Shown piece by piece: positions 1-9,212 of a DNA stretch of 64,000 bases (position 1 is its first letter; each line of letters starts with the position of its first letter). This stretch comes from Fibrobacterota bacterium (GTDB taxonomy: Bacteria > Fibrobacterota > Fibrobacteria > UBA11236): positions 31,857 to 95,856 of the forward strand of contig JAQBPO010000018.1 in NCBI GenBank assembly GCA_028287465.1, written 5' to 3'. The translations under genes and the position numbers were made by a program. The notes below the pieces were generated by a model. That model saw only the letters and a list, made by a program, of their open reading frames with translations. It did no database searches and had not been told where the DNA came from.

Positions 1-407
1 CGGAACGGGAGACATGCCGGATCTGCGGCAACGGTCGCCGCCAGCAGAACATGATCTGCGTCGTGGAGAAGCCCGCGGACATCCTGGCCTTCGAGCGCTC
101 CGGCAGCTACCTTGGCGTCTATCACGTCCTGGGCGGGACCATCTCGCCCCTGGACGGAATCGGGCCCGGCGACCTGAATTTCGCCAGGCTATGGGAGCGG
201 AGCCGGCAGTCCCAGGTCGAACTGATCCTGGCGCTGAATACCAATGCCGAAGGGGAGGCGACCGCTTCCTACATCGTGCAGAAGCTGCAGGGCATGCCTG
301 TCCGCATTTCGCGCCTAGCCCGCGGCATTCCCGTCGGTTCCGAACTTGAATACGTGGATGAACTAACGGTGCAACGCGCCCTGGAAAGCCGGGTCGAGAT
401 GGGTTGA
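1..407 (+). CDS. recR: Recombination mediator RecR (5' end outside window)
   Basis: Frame is open from the window start (ERETCRIC zinc-finger end). It then has ICVVE, YHVLGGTISPLDGIGP, EGEATA and LARGIPVGSELEYVD TOPRIM motifs. Confidence 0.96.
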   Translation, partial: ERETCRICGNGRRQQNMICVVEKPADILAFERSGSYLGVYHVLGGTISPLDGIGPGDLNFARLWERSRQSQVELILALNTNAEGEATASYIVQKLQGMPVRISRLARGIPVGSELEYVDELTVQRALESRVEMG

Positions 408-444
408 GCCTTCCGGCCGCCCGCTCGCACCCAACAAACAACCC

Positions 445-1056
445 ATGCAGATCAAATCCGCCGAATTCGTGAAGTCCGCCCAGCACCCGGACGATTACCC
501 CAATGACGGTCGGCCGCATATCGCCGTGGCCGGCCGATCCAACGTCGGCAAATCCTCCCTGCTCAACATGCTGGTGCAACGCAAGAACCTGGTGAAGACG
601 AGCCAGATGCCCGGCAAGACCCGGCTCATCAATTTCTTCCTCATCAACGACGCCTTTTACCTCGTGGACATTCCCGGCTTCGGCTACGCCAAGGTGGGCC
701 GCGAGGAAAAGCGCCAGATGGAGGACGCCATCGAGACCTATTTCCGGAAGTCCGGCCTGGTCGCGGGGATGATGTACCTCGTGGACATCCGCATGCCCGA
801 CAGCCCGGTCGACAAGGAAGCGATCCAATGGCTGAATGATTTCGGGGTGCCCATGCTGGTCGTCGCGACCAAGGGCGACAAGCTGAAAACCGAACAGACG
901 CGCAAGGCCCTGGCCGAAATCACCAAGTTCCACGCCCTGCCCGAGCCCCCCCTGGTCACCAGCGCGGATAAGAAGACCGGCCGCGAGGCGGTCCTGGAGC
1001 AGTTGGCGATGGTCCTGGAAAGCGCCGCCTCCGGATCCTCCGGCGCGAAGGGCTGA
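445..1056 (+). CDS. engB: Ribosome biogenesis GTPase EngB/YihA
   Basis: GRSNVGKSS (G1), PGKTR, LVDIPGFGYAK (G3), TKGDK (G4). Confidence 0.95.
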   Translation: MQIKSAEFVKSAQHPDDYPNDGRPHIAVAGRSNVGKSSLLNMLVQRKNLVKTSQMPGKTRLINFFLINDAFYLVDIPGFGYAKVGREEKRQMEDAIETYFRKSGLVAGMMYLVDIRMPDSPVDKEAIQWLNDFGVPMLVVATKGDKLKTEQTRKALAEITKFHALPEPPLVTSADKKTGREAVLEQLAMVLESAASGSSGAKG

Positions 1057-1189
1057 CCCGGCCTTCGGAGGGTGCAGGCTCCCGATCGGGCCCGCAAACT
1101 TAAAGTAGATCCATAAATCCTCCAATTGCCCACCGACCCCAAACTCCCAATCATTCCCTTGGGACGGGGCCACGTGTACAATAAACCCA

Positions 1190-2011
1190 ATGACCCAGAT
1201 GTTAGTCTGGATCGGGCAGCAGTACCGCCGATCCTACGTAGGCCAATTGATGGAATTGGGGCTCCAGGCCTCCTGGTGCGCCGTCCATAAGGAAGGCAAC
1301 CGGAAGCAGAGCCTGGATCAATTGATCCAGCAGATCTATTACACCGGGGTGGAAGCCATCCCCTTGGTGGCCTTCCTGGCCCTCGTCATCGGCAGCGCCA
1401 CCATCCTGCAGGCCTCGACCGTCATGCCCAAGATCGGCGCAGGCGATTATTTCGGCAATGTCATGGTGCTGGTCGTGGTGCGCGAAGTGGGCCCGCTGTT
1501 CACGGCCTTCCTGGTGGCCGGCCGTACCGGATCCGCTTTGTCCACCTACCTGGGGAACATGAAGGTGCAGCAGGAGATCGATGCCCTCAAGACCATGGGC
1601 ATAGACCCCGTACGCTACCTCGTGTATCCCAGCTTCGCCGCGACGGTGATCTCGATGTTCTGCCTGACCGTGATCTTCAACCTGGTCGCCATCTTCGGGG
1701 GATACCTCGTCGTGAAATCCCTGTCCCTTTTCGTTTCCGATTTCTCGGAGTTGCAGCTTTCCCTGTCCCTTTTCCTCGAGCGCATCCTGGCCTCCATGGG
1801 CATCATGGACGGGGTCCTGGGCATCGTGAAGCCGGTGTTCTTCGGTATCCTGGTATCGGTCATCGCCTGTTACCATGGCATAAACGTTTCCAACGATATC
1901 CGCGAGGTGCCCAAGGCTACCACCAACGGCGTGGTGAACTCCTTCGTCTGCATCACCCTGTTCGACACCCTTTTCGCCCTGCCCTTCCTGGCCAAGCTGG
2001 GGTTCCTGTGA
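1190..2011 (+). CDS. mlaE: MlaE-family ABC permease
   Basis: VREVGPLFTAFLVAGRTGSA, QEIDALKTMGIDP and KATTNGVV motifs. Confidence 0.92.
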   Translation: MTQMLVWIGQQYRRSYVGQLMELGLQASWCAVHKEGNRKQSLDQLIQQIYYTGVEAIPLVAFLALVIGSATILQASTVMPKIGAGDYFGNVMVLVVVREVGPLFTAFLVAGRTGSALSTYLGNMKVQQEIDALKTMGIDPVRYLVYPSFAATVISMFCLTVIFNLVAIFGGYLVVKSLSLFVSDFSELQLSLSLFLERILASMGIMDGVLGIVKPVFFGILVSVIACYHGINVSNDIREVPKATTNGVVNSFVCITLFDTLFALPFLAKLGFL

Positions 2012-2045
2012 AGCCCGCGGTCCTTAGTCTCAAGGGAGGCCGCCC

Positions 2046-2816
2046 ATGAGCGTGATCGCGTCCGTGCACAACCTGCGCTTCACCTACCCCGGCCAGGAGA
2101 CCGTCCTCAGGCGCGTGAACTTCCACGTGCTTCCCGGCCAGATCCTCGTCATCTGCGGGCTTTCCGGCCAGGGCAAGAGCACCTTGCTGAGGTTGCTGAT
2201 CGGCCTTGAGAAGCCCGACGCGGGGGTGATACGCCTGCTCGGCAAGGATATCTCCACCCTGGGCTTCGAGGAGTTCAACGAACTCAAGCGCAGCGTCGGT
2301 TTCGTCTTCCAGTCCCCGGCCCTGCTCTCCACCAAGACCATTTTCGAGAACGTGGCCCTCCCGCTCATCTACCATAACGTCGGGGACGAGGACGAAATCC
2401 GTTCCCGCGTGGACAATGCCCTGGAAATGCTCCTCATCAAGGATTTCCAGCACCAGTACCCGGCTTCCGTCAGCCTTGGCATCCTCAAGCGCGCCGCGGT
2501 GGCCCGCGCCATGATCATGCGCCCCAAGCTCATCCTCATGGATGAGCCGACCGCCGGCCTGGATCGCATCAGCCGCGCGGTTCTGCTTGCCTTGATCGCC
2601 AATATCCGGCGCATCAACCACGTCTCCATGGTGCTGGTGACCCATGATCTGCTCGCCGCGCGCGAACTGGGCGGGGAAATCGGCGTGCTCAAGGAAGGCG
2701 AACTCTTGCAGCCCATGAACTTCGAACAATTGAAGAATTGCCAGGATTCGTTCGTCGAATACCTCTTCCGCCAGTTGGAAGAAGAAGCGAACATGACCGG
2801 GGAGAAGGCGGCATGA
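2046..2816 (+). CDS. mlaF: MlaF-like ABC ATPase
   Basis: Walker A GLSGQGKST, Walker B ILMDEPTAGLD, H-loop VTHD; lies between mlaE and mlaD. Confidence 0.9.
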   Translation: MSVIASVHNLRFTYPGQETVLRRVNFHVLPGQILVICGLSGQGKSTLLRLLIGLEKPDAGVIRLLGKDISTLGFEEFNELKRSVGFVFQSPALLSTKTIFENVALPLIYHNVGDEDEIRSRVDNALEMLLIKDFQHQYPASVSLGILKRAAVARAMIMRPKLILMDEPTAGLDRISRAVLLALIANIRRINHVSMVLVTHDLLAARELGGEIGVLKEGELLQPMNFEQLKNCQDSFVEYLFRQLEEEANMTGEKAA

Positions 2817-3763
2817 AGCTCCAGTTGCACAAGCACCGGAACCTGCTCGCCGGTTTCTTCGTTTCCACGGCCATCGTCACCTTCGTGGTGTCCCTGATCG
2901 TGCTCTTCCACAAGAAGGGCGTGTTCGAGATGCAATACACCCTGAGCGCCGTCTTCGAGAACGGAGTGGGGCTGCGCCCCGGTGCGGACGTTCTTTTCAA
3001 CGGCGTGAAAATAGGACGGGTGGAATCCGTGAACCTTCTGGGCAAGGGAGGCATCGACATCTCATCGGGAAAGGTGGTGCTCGACCTGCTCATCGATCGC
3101 AAGTTCCAGGATTTCATCACCAGCCGCTCGGTGGCCTTCGCCTTGCGCGACAAGAACCTGGTTTCGGATCGCGTCGTCAACATCGAGACCCTGGGCCTCG
3201 GCGGCAAGATCCTCGAGGGAGGGGATACCGTCATGGTCTCGAACTCCCGCGACATCGAATCCGTCCTGAGCGGGCTGACCAAGCTGATGGGGAAGATGGA
3301 CATGCTCATCAACAGCATCGACGAGATAGTGGTCAAAAGCAAGGATCCCAACACCACCGTGGGGGCCATGCTCGGTTCCCGCGAGCTCTATGACCGCCTG
3401 CTGGCGGGAGTGAACAACGTGGATACCGCCGTCACCGAGGGCCGCCAGGTGATGGGGCGCGTCCAGATGCTCACCGATACCATGCACACCGCCCTGGGCG
3501 GCCTGTTGGCCCGCGCGGACACGACCTCCGCGAAGCTGGTCCGGACGGCCGATCAGGCCGAGCGCCTGGCCGTCCACGCCAACGTACTGGCCGGCCAGGG
3601 GGAAACCATCCTCCGGCGCATGGATCAAATCATGCTCCAGGGAGCGGGCAAGATCGATCAGGCCGGGGACGTGATGGACGCCGTCTCGCAACTGTGGTTC
3701 ATCCGCGGCAAGATGGCCAAGAAGGGGGATTACCCGGTTTTGCTCAATGAGGCCGGGCCATGA
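2813..3763 (+). CDS. mlaD: MlaD/MCE-domain protein with long helical C-terminus
   Basis: N-terminal TM helix and FENGVGLRPGADVLFNGVKIGRV MCE motif. ATG at 2813 overlaps the mlaF stop (ATGA). Confidence 0.88.
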   Translation: MKLQLHKHRNLLAGFFVSTAIVTFVVSLIVLFHKKGVFEMQYTLSAVFENGVGLRPGADVLFNGVKIGRVESVNLLGKGGIDISSGKVVLDLLIDRKFQDFITSRSVAFALRDKNLVSDRVVNIETLGLGGKILEGGDTVMVSNSRDIESVLSGLTKLMGKMDMLINSIDEIVVKSKDPNTTVGAMLGSRELYDRLLAGVNNVDTAVTEGRQVMGRVQMLTDTMHTALGGLLARADTTSAKLVRTADQAERLAVHANVLAGQGETILRRMDQIMLQGAGKIDQAGDVMDAVSQLWFIRGKMAKKGDYPVLLNEAGP

Positions 3764-4689
3764 GCCGAGCCTCATTCATCGCGGGCCTCTCGCTCTGGGC
3801 CGCATTATCCTTGTGCCCGCGCGCGGCGCGCGCGGACGACTCGCCCAAATACGCCGAGCGCGGCCTAACCGCCTATTACGCCGGCAAATACGATCTGGCG
3901 CGCATGTTCTTCGCCAAGGCGATGCAGGACGCCGTGCTCAAGGGCAAGGACGAATGGATCGCCAAGGCCACCTTGAACCTCGTGGACGTGGAGTTGGAGG
4001 CCAATGATGAACGCGAGGCCCAGCGTCTGCTGGAGGGCATGAACACCCGGGATAAGGGCATCCGGTCCCTGTGGCTTTGGAAGCGCTCCCAGCTCGCCAA
4101 CCTGCAAAGGCTATATCCCCTCGCGTTGGAACTGGTCGATTCCGCCTTGGATCTGGCCAAGGGCGATCCCGCGAAAACGGCATCGATGGGCCTGGACCGG
4201 ATGCGTTACCTGATCCAATCGAAAGAACCTTCCGTATGGTCTTCGCAGTACGAAAGCTTCAGGAAGGGACTCGGCCGCATGCGGTCCGCTCCCCTGGACG
4301 CGATGGCGGCCATGGCCCGCAAGGATTACGGCAAGGCGGACACCTTATGGCGCGAGGCCATGGGTTATTACCGGGACCAGGGCCGCCTGGCCAAGGTGGC
4401 CGGATGCCTGAACCAGTCCGCGATCTGCCTTTTTTCCATGGGACGCCGGAGCGAGGCCCTGGAAACCAATGCCCGCGCCGTCGCCATCTTCGGCGAATTG
4501 GGCCTGGAGATGCCCGGCCTGAAGGCCCAGGCGCTCCGGCTTTTGCTCGTGGACGACGGTCCTGAGCTTGCCAAATTGCGGCAGGATATGGATCTTGTCG
4601 GACAACGGTTCAGCGGCTTCGACCTGCAAGGGATCCTGGATGAGTATTCGCACAATCTGCGTGACGGCCGCCCTGGCGTGGGGAATTAG
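3760..4689 (+). CDS. Secreted TPR-repeat protein
   Basis: Signal peptide (ARA|DD) and helical TPR-like repeats (GKYDLARMFFAKA, GRRSEALETNARA); translationally coupled to mlaD. Confidence 0.7.
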   Translation: MSRASFIAGLSLWAALSLCPRAARADDSPKYAERGLTAYYAGKYDLARMFFAKAMQDAVLKGKDEWIAKATLNLVDVELEANDEREAQRLLEGMNTRDKGIRSLWLWKRSQLANLQRLYPLALELVDSALDLAKGDPAKTASMGLDRMRYLIQSKEPSVWSSQYESFRKGLGRMRSAPLDAMAAMARKDYGKADTLWREAMGYYRDQGRLAKVAGCLNQSAICLFSMGRRSEALETNARAVAIFGELGLEMPGLKAQALRLLLVDDGPELAKLRQDMDLVGQRFSGFDLQGILDEYSHNLRDGRPGVGN

Positions 4690-6115
4690 CTCAGCCGCGA
4701 ATCTCCAGCCCCAGGATCTCCTTTTCGTTTCCACCCATAAATACCCGACCCAGGTGGTCGGGGATTCGAAAAACGCCTTCCTCCTCACCGAGGGCGGCAT
4801 CCTCATGTACGATTACCGGAAGTCCGCGTGGCTGGACAACCTTGTCCCGGGCGGACCGGTTTCGGGAATCCGGTTTTCCCAGACTCGATCCAAGCTTTAC
4901 GTGCTGATGGCGGGGGGGCGCACCCTGGAATACAACCCCGTATTCCGCCGCTTCACGGACGCGTCCCTCGAGGATTACCAGGCGGCCACCGATGCGGGCA
5001 CCCAGCCGGACCTGACCGGCCTGACCCTGGACGGAGACAACTTTTTCCTCGGGGACGCCTTGCGGGACAAATACATGCGTCGCGCCCCGATCAAATCGGC
5101 CAAGGTATTCGACTACGACAATCTGTGGATCCTGACCGACGGCCTGGGGCCATTCTACGGTTCCGTGCGCCGCAAGCAGGCCTCCTCGTTCTGGTTCGGC
5201 CTCGACTATCCCGCCACCTCGGTCATCTATCCGGAAGGAAACAACCTCTGGTTCGGTTCCTGCCGCAGCGATTTTCCCGGCGCCAACGTCGGAACCGGGA
5301 TCGCGTCGCAGAGCAACGGAGCGCTGGTCAAGGCCAAGGCCGATCTGAACGGATGGAAGGCCTACCCCGCCCAGTTGGAATACGGCTTCGGGGACGGATG
5401 CGTGCGCGACATCAAGGCCTGGCGGGACTTCATCTGGCTGGCCACGGACAAAGGGCTGGTGCGCCATGACCCCCGTACCGGGCTCTTCAAGACCGTCCGG
5501 CACATGATGGGCAGCACGGACGTGCGCGTCAACTTCCTGCACGTGCATGAGAACCTGCTCTACCTTGGGACCGAGCGCGGCGTATGCTTCCTGGACGACG
5601 TGAACAAGGACGACCTGCCGACCCTGGGCGAGCTTCCGGTGCCGGGAGGCGTGCAGGTCTTCGATCTCGTCTCAAAGGACAAGGACCTATGGGCGGCCAC
5701 GCGTTACGGCCTCCATGTCTTCCAGGGCGGCGCCTGGAAAAGCCTGAACAAGGTATCCGCCAAGGACGTGCCGGAGGCGACCAATGTGCTCAACCTTTCC
5801 ATGGCCTACCACGATACTTCCATGTATTGGATCTACGAGAACAAGGTCATGGTCAAGCCGCGCAGGCATGAGCAGAAGGTGTTGCTGGAGCGGGATCATC
5901 CCACCAAACTGGCCTTCGACGGCGAGATCCTCTACGTGGCATTCCGGAGCGGCGTGACCGCCTACGATACCCGCAAAGGTTTATGGACCGACTTCCGCCT
6001 GGAGGACGGCATACCCGGGTCGCGCGTCGTAAGCATGGCCCTGTCCGCCGGGAAGCTCTGGATCGGAACGGACGCCGGAGTGCAGCGGGTCAACCTCAGG
6101 TCGTACCTTCCCTGA
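4640..6115 (+). CDS. Secreted beta-propeller protein
   Basis: Signal peptide and recurring blade motifs LWILTDGLG, IWLATDKGL, LYLGTERGV, LWAATRYGL, LWIGTDAGV. Confidence 0.75.
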   Translation: MSIRTICVTAALAWGISSAANLQPQDLLFVSTHKYPTQVVGDSKNAFLLTEGGILMYDYRKSAWLDNLVPGGPVSGIRFSQTRSKLYVLMAGGRTLEYNPVFRRFTDASLEDYQAATDAGTQPDLTGLTLDGDNFFLGDALRDKYMRRAPIKSAKVFDYDNLWILTDGLGPFYGSVRRKQASSFWFGLDYPATSVIYPEGNNLWFGSCRSDFPGANVGTGIASQSNGALVKAKADLNGWKAYPAQLEYGFGDGCVRDIKAWRDFIWLATDKGLVRHDPRTGLFKTVRHMMGSTDVRVNFLHVHENLLYLGTERGVCFLDDVNKDDLPTLGELPVPGGVQVFDLVSKDKDLWAATRYGLHVFQGGAWKSLNKVSAKDVPEATNVLNLSMAYHDTSMYWIYENKVMVKPRRHEQKVLLERDHPTKLAFDGEILYVAFRSGVTAYDTRKGLWTDFRLEDGIPGSRVVSMALSAGKLWIGTDAGVQRVNLRSYLP

Positions 6116-6358
6116 GCCCGGCGGCCCGGAAGTCAAAGCCGTAATGCGGGTTTTCCGGCACCAACCAGCGCGGCCGGCCACCTGATCAGCCTCTCGAGGC
6201 CGAGGTTTGAGGTTGTTTAGGATCCCCATCCTCCATTCAGCCTTCCTTTTTCCGCTCGGCTTCCCAGACTTTCCTTTACGTATTTTGCGGCCAGCCTGTA
6301 CTCTCTAGGTACCCCGCCGCCGCGTCGATTCCGAAAGGCCGGGAAGAGGATTGGACCC

Positions 6359-7423
6359 GTGAAGCGCAAGTACAAATTCCCCGTCTCCCAACAAGCGAAC
6401 CTCCTGGGCCTCGAATGGCAGAAGCTATGCACCTTCGGCCTCTCGCAACCCGAGCGGTTCGAGGAAAAGAAGCATCGCGCCACCTTCCTGGGGCCCTTGG
6501 ACAGCCGCGGCTACCATTGGTCCTATCCGGCCAACGATTACCCGTCCACCTTCGGCCGGTTCATGTCGTATTTCCTGCACGAGGTTCCCCAGCCCGATGG
6601 CAGCATCTACGAGATCTACATGAAGGAAACGGAATTCCCGACCCAGCTCGAGGAAGTCCTCGCCCTGCGCCTCGGCGAAGCCGAAACCGCCCTGGTCGAG
6701 TTCATGGGCATGCACGAGGACCGCGTACGGTTCTACGGGCGCGACCTCGGGAGCGGAAAGGAAATCCTCTACAGCCCCAACGATTACCTGGCCTGGTGGA
6801 CCTCGCCCCTGAAGCCGTCCAAGGACGCCTGCTTCATGCAGGTCCATCGCGCTCCGCTCCGTTCCATCAACGTGAACGTCTCCGAGGCCGTCCTGCTCAC
6901 CGCGCCAACGTACTACACGGGCAATGAATTGCGCGCCCGCAGCCTCACCTGCCTGCGCCTCTGCCCCAACGGCCTCTCCGCCTTCACCCTCGAGAAGAAA
7001 ATCTGGGCGCACGCGCATTGGATGGACTTCTGCGTGGACATGCCCATCCCCAGCGAGAACTACCTCCAGGCCCTGGTGCGGTGGGAAGAGTATCTCGACA
7101 AGGAACTCGAGGATTCCTGGTCATTCCCGGCCCTTCTTCACGACTGGGAGTTGAGCGGCAGCCTGGTCACGCGCATGGTGCAGGATCTGGCCGGCGCGAC
7201 CATCGCCATCCCCGAATTGGAATGGGTGATCGAAAGCATCTGGAACGAGCAACCGCGCGTCAGCCTTTGGGGCAAAACGCCCAGGCAGACGGGCAAATGC
7301 CTGTGCAGCCAGGACATGCTCGACGAGGTCATCCGCGCCATCAAGCTCAAGGGCAAGGCCAACCTGCTGCCCCGGCACGTCCTGATGGCCCGCGCCATCG
7401 AATTGCCGGAACCGGCACGATAG
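6359..7423 (+). CDS. Hypothetical protein
   Basis: 354-aa ORF with host-like GC3 bias; no family confidently recognised. Confidence 0.7.
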   Translation: MKRKYKFPVSQQANLLGLEWQKLCTFGLSQPERFEEKKHRATFLGPLDSRGYHWSYPANDYPSTFGRFMSYFLHEVPQPDGSIYEIYMKETEFPTQLEEVLALRLGEAETALVEFMGMHEDRVRFYGRDLGSGKEILYSPNDYLAWWTSPLKPSKDACFMQVHRAPLRSINVNVSEAVLLTAPTYYTGNELRARSLTCLRLCPNGLSAFTLEKKIWAHAHWMDFCVDMPIPSENYLQALVRWEEYLDKELEDSWSFPALLHDWELSGSLVTRMVQDLAGATIAIPELEWVIESIWNEQPRVSLWGKTPRQTGKCLCSQDMLDEVIRAIKLKGKANLLPRHVLMARAIELPEPAR

Positions 7424-7474
7424 GAATCGTGTTCGCCCGTTAGGAGTCGGGTTCGCACGATAGGAATCGGGTCG
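7415..7474. repeat. Three imperfect 20-bp tandem repeats, each a small hairpin with an AGGA loop
   Basis: gcacgataggaatcgtgttc / gcccgttaggagtcgggttc / gcacgataggaatcgggtcg. Confidence 0.8.
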
Positions 7475-7492
7475 ACCGGAAATCAAGACATG

Positions 7493-7531
7493 AAAAAAGC
7501 CGCGGGTCCAGGGACCCGCGGCTTTTTATTT
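7493..7531. terminator. Bidirectional intrinsic terminator
   Basis: aaaaaagccgcgggtcc-ag-ggacccgcggcttttt between convergent genes. Confidence 0.88.
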
Positions 7532-7550
7532 GCATCCTATCCGGGTAGGC

Positions 7551-8309
7551 TCAGAACGCCAGGGCGCCGCCCAATTCGAAGGTCATGCTGTTGGCGTCGA
7601 CGGCCGAAGGCATGGATCCGAGGAAGTGGTATTTGGCATCGGCATAGATGGCGATGGGGATGATGGGAGCCTTGGCCTTGGCGCCCAGTTCCAGGTGGAA
7701 ACCAAAGCCGCTCTTGAGGCCCTCGTCCTTGATCGCTTCTACGAGGATCTTGGAAACCTCTTCGGGGGAATCGGCGGCGGTGGAACCGCCCGTTGCGACG
7801 GCCTTGTCCACGGCGGACTTGGCGAACTTGGCGTTCAGGACTTCCGTGGCCACCACCTGGGTGATGCCGGCGCCGGCATACAGCTTGACGATGCTCACCA
7901 GGGGGGGCAGCTTGAGGAACGGATAAAGGATGGTCGCGTCGCTGACGATGCGGGCGAAGCCGGGCTTATCGACCGTGGGAATTCCCAGGTCGAACTTGAG
8001 GGGGGTCGTGGTCGTGCCCGGGCCGATGATGCTGACATCGTACATGCCGTACTGGATATTGCTGCCGGCTTCGATATCGATGAACGGGAGGAAGTCGATC
8101 CACAGTTTCAGGCCGAACCCGTTCAGGCCGGAGACCGCGTTCTGCTTGATCGAGATGCTTTCCGATCCGCTGGTGGCTATCTGCCCATTGGAAGATTTGA
8201 CTTCCAGGCTGGGCGCGGGGGCCCAGTGGCCTCCGATCCCGAAAATCGCGTGGGAATACACCACCGAGCATGCGGCGACGGCCAAGGTTCTGGTCCACAA
8301 GGTATTCAT
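7551..8309 (-). CDS. Outer-membrane beta-barrel-like protein
   Basis: GGAGG RBS, signal peptide (SHA|IF), amphipathic strands and a C-terminal Phe (GGALAF). Confidence 0.65.
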   Translation of the reverse strand: MNTLWTRTLAVAACSVVYSHAIFGIGGHWAPAPSLEVKSSNGQIATSGSESISIKQNAVSGLNGFGLKLWIDFLPFIDIEAGSNIQYGMYDVSIIGPGTTTTPLKFDLGIPTVDKPGFARIVSDATILYPFLKLPPLVSIVKLYAGAGITQVVATEVLNAKFAKSAVDKAVATGGSTAADSPEEVSKILVEAIKDEGLKSGFGFHLELGAKAKAPIIPIAIYADAKYHFLGSMPSAVDANSMTFELGGALAF

Positions 8310-8408
8310 GTATCCTCCGGAAAATGTGAATCGCTGATGCCTTTTACAATAAATAAAAGGGGGGCCTTTTGCAACGCATTCCGGAGCCTGTCCGCGATTT
8401 GCCATTAC

Positions 8409-9212
8409 TCAAACGAGGGAAATGAAGGCCGCCATCCGTCCGGAAGCCTGTCCGTCGCGGCGATACGAGAAGTACCTCTCCGGTTCACGCAGGGTATCGC
8501 CGCCGCAATCGCGGATATTGCCGGAAGGTATCCCGGCGGCCAATGCCTGGGCGCGATTGCTTGCGGGCATATCGAAATGGAACCGCCCATCCTTGCGGAC
8601 CACGAACTCCGGCTCGAGGCGGCACGCCAATTCCGCTCCCACTTCCAGGGATTCGACGCGCAGGCAAGGGCCGAAGGCGACCAAGGTACGATCGGGGCAG
8701 ATGCGCCCGGATGCCGCCAGGGCGCGCAGGGCCTTTTCCAGGATATGCGCATGGGTTCCCCGCCATCCCGCATGCACGGCGGCGATGGTTCCCGCCTGGG
8801 GATCGAATACGAGAGCGGTGAGGCAATCCGCCATGGTGACTGCGAGCGCTCGGGCGGAAGAGCCGGAACAGAGCGCATCCGCCTCCGCAGGCTCCAGGCG
8901 CACCGGCGAAGGGGTTTTCCTTTCCTTTCCCCATGTTTCCGCGGGATCGGGAAACAGGTCGGCATCCGCCATGGAATCGCCGTGGACCATGCGGGGAAGA
9001 ACCAGGGTTTTTCCGGCGAGCCCGGCCGCGGCCAGGGTCAGGTTCCAGTTGCTGGAAACGCTTTCCGGATCATCGCCGGCGCGGAATCCGAGGTTCAGAT
9101 CGGAATAGGCCCCTGTGCTCGCGCCCCCGGCATGGCGCGTGGTGAAGGCCGCGCGGACTCGTCCCTCCCATTCCGGGAAAGGACGGATCAAAAACGGGGG
9201 GAAGGGACTCAC
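8409..9212 (-). CDS. pgeF: Peptidoglycan editing factor PgeF/YfiH (laccase-like)
   Basis: FTTRHAG, LNLG, ADCL, AAVHAGWRG, YFSYRR..GRM motifs. Confidence 0.92.
   Translation of the reverse strand: MSPFPPFLIRPFPEWEGRVRAAFTTRHAGGASTGAYSDLNLGFRAGDDPESVSSNWNLTLAAAGLAGKTLVLPRMVHGDSMADADLFPDPAETWGKERKTPSPVRLEPAEADALCSGSSARALAVTMADCLTALVFDPQAGTIAAVHAGWRGTHAHILEKALRALAASGRICPDRTLVAFGPCLRVESLEVGAELACRLEPEFVVRKDGRFHFDMPASNRAQALAAGIPSGNIRDCGGDTLREPERYFSYRRDGQASGRMAAFISLV

Noticed and set aside
7415-7474. Possible mini-CRISPR array
   Set aside because: The units are contiguous 20-mers without unique spacers, and there are no cas genes in the window.
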